A stretch of DNA of 64,000 bases from Geobacteraceae bacterium (GTDB lineage: Bacteria > Desulfobacterota > Desulfuromonadia > Geobacterales > DSM-12255). The translations under genes and the position numbers were made by a program. Positions within the stretch are counted from its first letter, which is position 1, and every line of letters begins with the position of its first letter. This document shows, in pieces, positions 1-7,211 of the stretch. The notes beneath the pieces were generated by a model. That model saw only the letters and a program-made list of their open reading frames with translations. It had not been told where the DNA came from and did not search any database. The stretch covers positions 108 through 64,107 of the forward strand of contig JBGQLM010000003.1 of NCBI GenBank assembly GCA_041500085.1, read 5' to 3'.

Positions 1-777
1 GATCGAAGTGATGTCGCCGGTCAGGGTGGCGACCAGCAGGACCGTGGCAGAATTCTGCAGGAGGTGGCGCAGGGCGTGGCGGCGCTGCAGGTGGCCGATC
101 TCGTGCGCCAGGACCCCGGCGAGCCCCTCGTCGCTCTTCGCGATCTCCACCAGCTGGTCGGTGACGATGACGATGCCGGACGGAAGGGCAAAGGCGTTCG
201 CTCCGACCGGTTCGGAGGAGCGGAGCTCCAGACGCCACCCTCTCTGTTCCGGATGGCCGACGGTCATGACCGCGAACTGCCGGCGGAGGGCCTTCTGCCG
301 CTCGGCAGGCAGGGCGGTCGGTTTCAGGATGAGCCGGTCGAGGAGAGCCATGGTCTCGTGCCCCAGAAGCTCTTCCGAGGCCGGTGGGAGGGCAAAGGCT
401 GCCTTTTCCGCCAGAAAGGGGAGCCCGTACCGGACGAAGCCGAAGGCGGCGGCGATCAACAGCACCAGTGCCACGAGAGCCCGTTTGATGCTCGTCTCCC
501 AGCGGTGAACGTTCCTGAAGAAGCCGCCGGTTCCCTGGCGCAGCTGCAGCCCGGTCACGAAGTCATCGGCCGTCGTCTCGGCAGTGGCGCCGTCCGGAAA
601 GCGGAGCAGACGCCGGACCGAGCCGAGGCCCGGCTCTATCCTGAGATCGCGGAGGGGGTACGAAAGCTCCAGACCCTCAGCGATGACCTTCACCGTCCTC
701 CCATCCGAGGTCAGCGTCACCTCACGGCGCTGCGAGGTGCGGCCGTCGTACCAGGCTGCAGTACAGGAGGAGATCAC
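1..777 (-). CDS. M48-family zinc metallopeptidase, partial (C-terminus runs off the left window edge)
   Basis: Absent from the ORF track because no stop lies inside the window. My translation of the minus strand from GTG 777-775 gives (M)ISSCTAAWYDGRTSQRREVTL..., one TM helix (ALVALVLLIAAAFGF), GANAFALPSGIVIVTDQLV and VLAHEIGHLQRRHAL. The HExxH motif is encoded at about 91-108. The GTG overlaps the stop of the upstream gene (GTGA). Confidence 0.75.
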   Translation of the reverse strand, partial: MISSCTAAWYDGRTSQRREVTLTSDGRTVKVIAEGLELSYPLRDLRIEPGLGSVRRLLRFPDGATAETTADDFVTGLQLRQGTGGFFRNVHRWETSIKRALVALVLLIAAAFGFVRYGLPFLAEKAAFALPPASEELLGHETMALLDRLILKPTALPAERQKALRRQFAVMTVGHPEQRGWRLELRSSEPVGANAFALPSGIVIVTDQLVEIAKSDEGLAGVLAHEIGHLQRRHALRHLLQNSATVLLVATLTGDITSI

Positions 778-2051
778 AGCCCGAAGTCGTAGCCGAGCAT
801 GTCGCCCAGCTCCTCGCCGGTAGCGCTCGTAGCTTCGGCGGCAGCAGCCGTGACCACGGCGAGATCCCCCGTCCCGGTGAGCTTGAGCCGGTCCAGCCGG
901 TAGCGCGCCAGGCGCACGCTAGCCCAGGGAGCCAGCATGCCGAGCGAGAGAAGAATGGCGACGGCGCTGGAGATGTAGATCCAGGCCAGGTCCCGGGCCC
1001 GGAGGGTGGAGACAAAACGGTGGCTGCCGATGCCGGTGGAGTTCCAGGTAAGGTTGGCGAGCGCCGTCGGCACGTAGATCATGGCCACGACATAAACGAC
1101 CGGAAAGAGGATCGCCGGGACCAGCGCCGCCAGCAAATTGCCCCCCCATTTCGGCCCAAGGGAGGCGAGGCTGGCGAAGGAGAGCACCAGCAGCGGGATC
1201 ATGATGAAGAGCGGCTTAAAGACCCGGTAGTATTCCCGGCTCGTCGCATGGAAGCTGAAGCGGGTGGTGCCGTAGGAGCTCTGTTCCACGAGAAAGCGTT
1301 TCTGGCGGTAGACCACGTACGGAGCGAGGATCCCCAAGGTTAGCGGGATGAGAAGCTGCCACCAGAGAAAGACCCGGTACGCCTCGCGGTAGTCGGGGGT
1401 GAAGCCGAAGCGGATGTTGCGGTGCGAGGAGTTGCGCAGGTTGAAGATCCGGGAACGGACCACGACCCAGGGGAGCAGGCCGAACATGATGAACATGAAG
1501 ACCACGGCAAGGACCGGGCTGACCTTGGAGGCGATGGAGTAGAGGCCGAAGAAGGCGCCGGCGATGAACCACCCCTTGAGGATCGCCATCGGGTCCGCCA
1601 GATAGTCGAAGGGGGCGTCGTTCAGGAGAGTGTTGCCGTAGAAATAGCGTCTCTTGCGCACCTTCGCCCAGGGAGAGTAGATGCCGAGGGTGACGATCCG
1701 GAGCAAAGTGTTGACGATCCAGATGCCGAAATACTCCTTGGCGTTGCCGGTGAAGGTAAAAGTGAGGGTGCGTTTCTGCAGGGGACGAGAGGGCGTTGCA
1801 GGGGGCGCCAGGGCGGGTGCAGGTGGCTCCGGCACACCACTTCCCGTCGCAGCGGCCACGGGCTCCTCCAGAAAAGAGGCGGCAAACGGTTCTTCGTCCG
1901 CCGAGGGAAGCGTCGTCAGAACCTCATCCCGGAGAAGAAAACCCTCCTTGCAGCGCGGGCAGGTAACCCTCGTGCCCGGTTGCGGCAGCACGGATGCCGG
2001 CAGCTCCTTAGAGTAGTTGCAATGGGGGCAGGTCAAGGTAGTTACGGACAT
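774..2051 (-). CDS. DUF898/YjgN-like multi-pass membrane protein with N-terminal zinc ribbon
   Basis: 425-aa ORF. The N-terminus has CPHC-x19-CPRC, followed by a Pro/Ala-rich linker and repeated TM hairpins with KRRYFYGNT and NIRFGF/TTRFSF motifs as in DUF898. The stop overlaps the GTG of the downstream M48 gene. Confidence 0.7.
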   Translation of the reverse strand: MSVTTLTCPHCNYSKELPASVLPQPGTRVTCPRCKEGFLLRDEVLTTLPSADEEPFAASFLEEPVAAATGSGVPEPPAPALAPPATPSRPLQKRTLTFTFTGNAKEYFGIWIVNTLLRIVTLGIYSPWAKVRKRRYFYGNTLLNDAPFDYLADPMAILKGWFIAGAFFGLYSIASKVSPVLAVVFMFIMFGLLPWVVVRSRIFNLRNSSHRNIRFGFTPDYREAYRVFLWWQLLIPLTLGILAPYVVYRQKRFLVEQSSYGTTRFSFHATSREYYRVFKPLFIMIPLLVLSFASLASLGPKWGGNLLAALVPAILFPVVYVVAMIYVPTALANLTWNSTGIGSHRFVSTLRARDLAWIYISSAVAILLSLGMLAPWASVRLARYRLDRLKLTGTGDLAVVTAAAAEATSATGEELGDMLGYDFGL

Positions 2052-2170
2052 TTACGGCCTCCTTTCTCTCGACAAAGATTGAATCTGTAACTTCTGCGGC
2101 CTTCACCTGCCGGTTTTTTGGGCAGGTGCAAGGACGTGGTTGGACCATCGCTCTTTACTTTTGTCTCGTG

Positions 2171-2485
2171 TCAGGGGCTGACCCTTCCGGGCTTCTGCTT
2201 TTGAAGATTCTCAATTGCAGCTTGAGACACCTTTTTAGAGGTGTCATCGGCTAGTTTTGACAAAATATTTGGTGGTGCTTTTGGATGCTTTGCAACCGAC
2301 AATCTGATGTCTTCACGGCTGTTCTTCACAAGAAACTGCCACAAAGCAATTTCTTCGGCTTTTGATTCGAACAGGTCAGAAAAATCATCTTGCTCCGGAT
2401 AGAATCTGATTGCACATACTTGCTTTACTTTCCTAGGTGCATTTTGGTTTTTACAAACTGAAATGACAATAGAATAGCCAACCAT
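2171..2485 (-). CDS. hypothetical protein with one LRV/HEAT-like repeat motif
   Basis: 104-aa ORF in AT-rich DNA, starting 3 nt after the stop of the upstream gene with no obvious SD. The C-terminal KHPKAPPNILSKLADD resembles the NPxTPPxVLxxLA repeat unit. I recognise no family. Confidence 0.45.
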   Translation of the reverse strand: MVGYSIVISVCKNQNAPRKVKQVCAIRFYPEQDDFSDLFESKAEEIALWQFLVKNSREDIRLSVAKHPKAPPNILSKLADDTSKKVSQAAIENLQKQKPGRVSP

Positions 2486-2488
2486 TTT

Positions 2489-3058
2489 TTATTTTTGATC
2501 ATAGTTGGCTAATTTTAACAATACAGAAGGTGGCGTATGAGTATTCTCAGCCATTGGTAGGACTGCTCTAGATTTTGGATTGTCTGCTACCTTTAGCTTA
2601 ATATTTAGAGGGACTTCAGGCCGTGCTACTAATTGACCAAGCAAAACGGGATCCTTTTCAAATACGGATAAAAATACGGGTAAGAACTTAAAGTCAATCT
2701 CTGTTTCAGGACGAGTTAATTCATATCGTATAGCCTCAGCCCCACGCGTCGATAGCTGTTTTTCGGTGTAATAAAAACTAATTTCGCTCTCACTATGCTT
2801 ACCTGCAATTGCTTCTTTAAAATAATTCAATTCGTTAATAGCAACACTATTTTCTTTTTTTTCTTGAGATTCATTGTAAGTTCCGAAGAAATAGGCAATT
2901 ATGATAGGCGAAAGAATCCCAAAAAACAAACCAGCTAAAATACCTCTCGCACGTCTGGCACCAGTGTTCTGATTACCGGCAAAACAGAAATAACCGATTA
3001 TGAAACCGAAAATGAAGGTGCACCAAAAGAATCCCACCGCATAAACATAGCCAACCAT
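2489..3058 (-). CDS. hypothetical membrane-anchored protein with LRV/HEAT-like repeat motifs
   Basis: 189-aa ORF. Two N-terminal TM helices (VGFFWCTFIFGFIIGYF, ILAGLFFGILSPIIIAYFF) precede a soluble domain ending VADNPKSRAVLPMAENTHTPPSVLLKLANYD. It shares its first 12 nt (ATGGTTGGCTAT) with the next gene. Confidence 0.55.
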   Translation of the reverse strand: MVGYVYAVGFFWCTFIFGFIIGYFCFAGNQNTGARRARGILAGLFFGILSPIIIAYFFGTYNESQEKKENSVAINELNYFKEAIAGKHSESEISFYYTEKQLSTRGAEAIRYELTRPETEIDFKFLPVFLSVFEKDPVLLGQLVARPEVPLNIKLKVADNPKSRAVLPMAENTHTPPSVLLKLANYDQK

Positions 3059-3220
3059 ATTTAACGACCTTATGAGTTATTTCTTTGGTTCAACGGGGTG
3101 CGCCCTTGACCCGCCCGGGGCGCTTCTCAGCCCCGGTCGGTGTCCAAGGGCCTGGTTGGCAACCGCAGCTAATTCTGTTCTTTCTTCAGAAATTGCTACT
3201 CGGCAAGCCTTTGCATGTTT

Positions 3221-3511
3221 TCAACTGAAGTTGCGTTTACCTCGCTTCCAGTTATCTATTACATCTTTGAACAGCCAGAAAGATATCAAAGCCGTGAGAT
3301 TGCCAATGACTCCGAAAAGCGCCCATTCAACTTTGTTGTTATCTGCTTTTTTATAAAGCCATGCTGAGCAGAGTAAATTTACAGCAATCAATGCTATCCA
3401 AGAAATTATCTCGTCTAGTCGTAATTCGTTTTTCCTCATGGCAAACTGTGCTGCCGAAATGAAAAATCCCGTATAGCCAAGAATTACCACTACGATAAGA
3501 AATTTTTTCAT
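3221..3511 (-). CDS. small hypothetical membrane protein (about 3 TM helices)
   Basis: 96-aa ORF with a GAGGA SD 6-10 nt upstream of the ATG and hydrophobic segments (FLIVVVILGYTGFFISAA, ISWIALIAVNLLCSAWL, ALFGVIGNLTALISFWLF). AT-rich. Confidence 0.55.
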   Translation of the reverse strand: MKKFLIVVVILGYTGFFISAAQFAMRKNELRLDEIISWIALIAVNLLCSAWLYKKADNNKVEWALFGVIGNLTALISFWLFKDVIDNWKRGKRNFS

Positions 3512-3560
3512 TTTTCCTCTTCTTGTTGGTCAACGAATGATATTGAGCAGACGATTTATG

Positions 3561-3690
3561 GTATCTACAGGTATATGCATGCATCTACATATATATACCT
3601 GCATCTACCTGTAGATGCTGCTCTGTCATCTACGGGTAGATGCTTTTGCCCTTTTTGCTACTTATCCAGAAGCATCTACATATATATGCT
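3561..3690. repeat. cluster of GCATCTAC 8-mers arranged as direct repeat - palindrome - palindrome - direct repeat
   Basis: GCATCTAC occurs at 3581, 3601 and 3672. Variants occur at 3561 (gTATCTAC) and 3626 (tCATCTAC). The complement GTAGATGC occurs at 3611 and 3636. The 16-mer GCATCTACATATATAT occurs at 3581-3596 and 3672-3687. Palindromes span 3601-3618 and 3627-3642. Confidence 0.85.
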
Positions 3691-3973
3691 TTTCCAGCCT
3701 GGAGAAGCATTTCTCTCCAGTCCGCCATTCCGAGCCCCTTGATTGGGGTGCAATCACGCATTCCTTGCTCTGGAAAACACCCAAAAACGCATAAAGCCGC
3801 TCCATCAGCACTGTATCTGACGAGAAGCGGCTTTCACTTGCACCCTGACGGCCCGTGCGGCGGCGATCATTTATCCCTCCCGGAACTTCTTATATCATTA
3901 CATGAAACTAATTGGAAAAAGGGGCCAACCGGGTAATTAATAAGCTCTTATGGCATGCCTCTGGCACTTTTGT

Positions 3974-4093
3974 CAACAAATCTTGCAATAAATCAGGGAG
4001 ATAGGCTGAAGACTGATGGGGAACTAGCTGAAAACGGCCTCAGAACAAGGATTGGTCACGCGGAGGCGCGGAGCGCGCGGAGAAAATCAAAAC
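3974..4093 (+). repeat. 120-bp direct repeat, copy A (REP-like, flanks the TA cassette)
   Basis: Manual alignment with 4781-4900 gives 114/120 identical positions with no gaps. It ends in GCGGAG heptads. Confidence 0.9.
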
Positions 4094-4144
4094 CAGAGGA
4101 TAGCTGGCCAGGCACTTTCAAGCGACGTCTGCCCAGGGTGATCG

Positions 4145-4420
4145 CTACGGGTATTTCATTGAGGTATGCAGTACCCGGAGAATAACCAGTTCCTCCCGGT
4201 GTACGGCATAGATAACGACAAACGGGAGGCCGACGACAACGAGTTCCCGGGTACCGGGTTCGCGTCCCCGTTTTCCCATGGTCGGATAGTCAGCCAGCAC
4301 TTGAGCAACTTCGATAACCTTCCTTACCGTAGCAACCGCGGCTCGTGGATTGTCCAGGGCAATATACTCCTCTACCCGGTCGAAATTGCCGATCGCCCCC
4401 TCTGTCCAGAGGATTTTCAT
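4145..4420 (-). CDS. type II toxin, ParE/RelE family
   Basis: 91 aa. The pattern W..A..NF..V..YI..DNP.AA...V.KV......LADYP..G......GTREL.V...PFV.IY.V....LVILRVLH is typical of ParE/RelE-fold toxins. The ATG shares one base with the antitoxin stop (TAATG). Confidence 0.8.
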   Translation of the reverse strand: MKILWTEGAIGNFDRVEEYIALDNPRAAVATVRKVIEVAQVLADYPTMGKRGREPGTRELVVVGLPFVVIYAVHREELVILRVLHTSMKYP

Positions 4421-4695
4421 TATCGAGTCGCCCAGCGCTTGACCACATCGGAGTGGTCAACCACCTTTCCGGCCTTCATCTCCTCAATTCCTTTTCTTAT
4501 CTCTTCTCTCTGCCAGCGCTCCAGCTCCTCATCCGGCATTTCCACTGCAAACGGCAGACCTTGCCTCATCATTACCTGCTTGTAAAAGAGCGTAACCGCT
4601 TCGGTTGTGGTCATACCGAGCGCTTTGAAGATGCTCTCGACACTCTGCTTCAATTCCGGTTCCATCCGCGCATGAATCATTGCATCCCGTGGCAT
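4420..4695 (-). CDS. type II antitoxin, RelB/DinJ-like N-terminus with extended C-terminal tail
   Basis: 91 aa. The N-terminal IHARMEPELKQSVESIFKALGMTTTEAVTLFYKQVMMRQGLPF is DinJ/RelB-like (ribbon-helix-helix). It lies immediately upstream of, and overlaps, the toxin gene. Confidence 0.8.
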   Translation of the reverse strand: MPRDAMIHARMEPELKQSVESIFKALGMTTTEAVTLFYKQVMMRQGLPFAVEMPDEELERWQREEIRKGIEEMKAGKVVDHSDVVKRWATR

Positions 4696-4780
4696 ATTGT
4701 TTCCTCCAATGCATCATTTTTATAAATTGTATCTCGTTTGAGATACAGAAACAAGCCGGGAAAAGTGGTTCTGTAATTAA

Positions 4781-4900
4781 CAACAAATCCTGCTATGAAT
4801 CAGGGAGATAGGCTGAAGACTTATGGGGAACTAGCTGAAAACGGCCTCAGAACAAGGATTGGTCACGCGGAGGCGCGGAGGGCGCGGAGAAAATCAAAAA
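4781..4900 (+). repeat. 120-bp direct repeat, copy B
   Basis: 114/120 identical to 3974-4093, offset by 807 bp. Both copies are preceded by GTAATTAA (3933-3940 and 4773-4780). Confidence 0.9.
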
Positions 4901-5024
4901 CGGTCCACGAAAGACACGAAAAGCACGAAAAAAGAAGGTTCGCGCAAAGGCGCAGAGAAAATCTTAGACTGGGGGATTACCCCTTGATCTGGTTTTCCTC
5001 CGCGTTCTCCGCGTCTCCGCGCGA
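4866..5024. repeat. REP-like composite: inverted (GCGGAGN)3 heptad blocks flanking a triple CACGAAA
   Basis: CGCGGAGGCGCGGAGGGCGCGGAGA lies at 4866-4890. The reverse complement of 4997-5024 reads CTCGCGCGGAGACGCGGAGAACGCGGAG. CACGAAA occurs at 4906, 4915 and 4923. Confidence 0.7.
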
Positions 5025-5032
5025 GCAAGCAG

Positions 5033-7129
5033 TTAGTACAGATACCCTTCCGGCAGGGTAACCACCTTCCTGATATCCAGCAGGTCCGTCCCAGCCACGG
5101 TTACCGTCCTGTGGGCGATGGCGTAGATATCCGTGCCGATGATCACGGAGCGGTCCACCGTATCGGCATAGGTTCCGTAGCCGCTGCTGACCGCCGGAGC
5201 CTGAACCGTCCCTTTCAGTGAGATCCCGCTGTCATTGACGGAAAAGACCCTGAGCCCTGAACTGTAGAGCGCCGCGGCGCTACCGTAGCTGTAGTACGGA
5301 ATAGCAAGAATCCCGAGCGGCTCGTAGTAGAGAAAGGCATGGTGCTCGTAAAGCGCCTCGGACCACCCCGCTCCCAGATCTGACTCTCCCAGGAGGGTGG
5401 GCGCGGCCAGGTCCGTCACGTCGAACAGCTGGAGCTTGTTGCCGGTTACGCGCCCGGTCGCATCGGCCGAGCGGCCCACGGTGAGCAGCCGTGTATTGTC
5501 CTGTCCCACGAGGTGGATATAGGTGGCGAAACCGTTCACCTTGATTTCGCCCGCCTTCTTCGGATTTTGGGGATCACTCAGGTCAAAGGTGAATAGCGGG
5601 TCGGTCTGGCGGAAGGTGACCATGTACCCGCGGTTCCGGTCGAAGCGCATGGAGTAGATCTTTTCCCCCTGGCCCAGCCCTTCGATCCGCCCCTTTTCAA
5701 CGAGAGTACCGTCCTGCTCGGCCAGGACGGCGAGACGATTGCTGATTCCTTCACCCCACCACCCGCCGCGGGTGGTGCCGATCCGGAGATAGCCGTTGTA
5801 TTCCCCCATGCTGAACTGATTGTTGAGCCAGCCGGTTACCATGCCGCTCCCCCTGTAGAGCGGGGGGCCGGCACCGTTCGCAATGGCGAACTTGTGCAGG
5901 GCGGTCCACGGCTCCGGGTTGCTCTGCGGTAGCGCCACACCCTGGACCGGCTCGATCCAGGCCCAGCTGTTGCTGGAAGCCAGGTAGAGGCTCTCCGGTG
6001 ACATGTAAATATTGCACCAGGAGCTGATCACTCCGCTGCTTGTCACGACAGGTTCGGCCGATGAGCTGTCGAGGGCGATGACCAGGGACAGATCGGTCCC
6101 GTTTCCGGACTCCGGGATATAGATATCACTGCTTGCAACCACGGGAGAGCTGCCGGTCGCTCCCGCAACCCCGTTGGTATAGAGGGTACGGCTGTAGGAA
6201 GGAATCATCTCTGCAAGGGTCAGGGCATCTATGCGGGCCAGGTTCTCTGCCGACGCCTTCGCGCTGGCCTGATTGTAGGATTCCATACTGAAGCTTCCGG
6301 GCGTCATATAATCCCAGGCAGAAACCGGGGAGGAAAGGTCGATGTGATGATTGGTGATCAGGTAGATGGTATTGTTGATTCTCCGGCTCCCCTGGAGGGA
6401 ACCGGGGAATTCGAACCGGGACGATAATACCGGTGCGGCCGGGGTAGAGATGTCGTAGTTGTACACTCTGGTTGTGGCAACTACAGGCATCACTACGCCG
6501 GTCATTGAAGTTCCCGCGGCAGGAGCCCCGGCCATGCCGGACACCCCGACCGGAGATGTGACCGGTGTCAGGACACCTGTGTTCGGAGTGGTGATGACGG
6601 TAACCCGGCTGCCAACCAGGTGCAGTTCGCTGACCCGCTCCTTGAGATCGATGTCGCTGACAACGGCAGCCTCCCCGGCAGGTTGCCCCTTCATAATCAG
6701 AAAGTGGCTCCCCCGGGCAAGATAGATATAGCTCCCGTCGGTCTTCACCAGGTCCCCTTCGTCAACTCCCAGCTCCTGTACATTGGTGCTGGAGTGGGAG
6801 TCGGCCGCGCCGCTCCCAGCTGCCTGGGGAGCGGTCGCGGTAGCTGTGGAGGTGCTATCGGTCGATGCGATTGTTGCCACTCCCGTTGTGCCGCCGGAAC
6901 CCGCGGCCGCATAGTAGTAGCGCAAATCCCGGTACTGGTAGCTCTTTACCAGCTCGGCCTTGAGCCACCGCTCCAGTGCAACGTTATCGGCAAGTTTGAC
7001 CAGTTTGGCAGACGGTGCCGATTGGCTTGCGGGAGGGGTGCCTTTGCTGCCGCTGCAGCCGCAGAGAGCGAAAAGTGTAAAGAGAACCCAGAGTGCACAG
7101 AAAGATAGCCTGCCGTGAGAACTGGACAT
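5033..7129 (-). CDS. secreted lipoprotein with C-terminal beta-propeller domain (COG4880-like)
   Basis: 698 aa. Signal peptide plus lipobox LFALCGCSG, then an Ala/Thr/Ser low-complexity linker. The motif MVTFRQTDPLFTFDLSDPQNPKKAGEIKVNGFATYIHLV matches the signature I associate with the Beta_propel family. Confidence 0.7.
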   Translation of the reverse strand: MSSSHGRLSFCALWVLFTLFALCGCSGSKGTPPASQSAPSAKLVKLADNVALERWLKAELVKSYQYRDLRYYYAAAGSGGTTGVATIASTDSTSTATATAPQAAGSGAADSHSSTNVQELGVDEGDLVKTDGSYIYLARGSHFLIMKGQPAGEAAVVSDIDLKERVSELHLVGSRVTVITTPNTGVLTPVTSPVGVSGMAGAPAAGTSMTGVVMPVVATTRVYNYDISTPAAPVLSSRFEFPGSLQGSRRINNTIYLITNHHIDLSSPVSAWDYMTPGSFSMESYNQASAKASAENLARIDALTLAEMIPSYSRTLYTNGVAGATGSSPVVASSDIYIPESGNGTDLSLVIALDSSSAEPVVTSSGVISSWCNIYMSPESLYLASSNSWAWIEPVQGVALPQSNPEPWTALHKFAIANGAGPPLYRGSGMVTGWLNNQFSMGEYNGYLRIGTTRGGWWGEGISNRLAVLAEQDGTLVEKGRIEGLGQGEKIYSMRFDRNRGYMVTFRQTDPLFTFDLSDPQNPKKAGEIKVNGFATYIHLVGQDNTRLLTVGRSADATGRVTGNKLQLFDVTDLAAPTLLGESDLGAGWSEALYEHHAFLYYEPLGILAIPYYSYGSAAALYSSGLRVFSVNDSGISLKGTVQAPAVSSGYGTYADTVDRSVIIGTDIYAIAHRTVTVAGTDLLDIRKVVTLPEGYLY

Positions 7130-7211
7130 TGGTCACCTCCGGACTGCCTGACTTGACTACATTATACCCTTTACTATTGAATTCACTTTCCGCAACAGGC
7201 AGAACGTAAAA

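Noticed and set aside
8-792. Plus-strand ORFs 8..508, 64..792 and 584..823
   Set aside because: They lie antisense to the hand-translated M48 protease, which has HExxH and a TM helix. Their translations are Arg/Ala/Pro-rich, which is typical of shadow frames in GC-rich DNA.
1020-2090. Plus-strand ORFs 1020..1343, 1422..2090 and 1681..2016, plus short minus-frame ORFs inside the DUF898 gene
   Set aside because: They are shadow ORFs of the 425-aa DUF898 gene. Their composition is low-complexity and charged, and I see no RBS.
2104-2128. Inverted repeat CACCTGCC-n9-GGCAGGTG considered as a terminator for the 104-aa gene
   Set aside because: On the minus strand it is not followed by a U-run, and the 9-nt loop carries the T-run instead. 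I kept it only as a landmark of the GC transition.
3640-3936. 98-aa plus-strand ORF in the 630-bp non-coding stretch
   Set aside because: It has no SD, and it starts inside the GCATCTAC array. The composition does not look protein-like, and I recognise no motif.
3955-5061. ORFs 3955..4185 and 4795..5061 (NQGDRLKT.GELAENGLRTRIGHAEAR...)
   Set aside because: Both merely read through the two copies of the 120-bp repeat and its GCGGAG heptads. The duplicated low-complexity peptide overlaps the toxin gene end, so these are unlikely to be coding.
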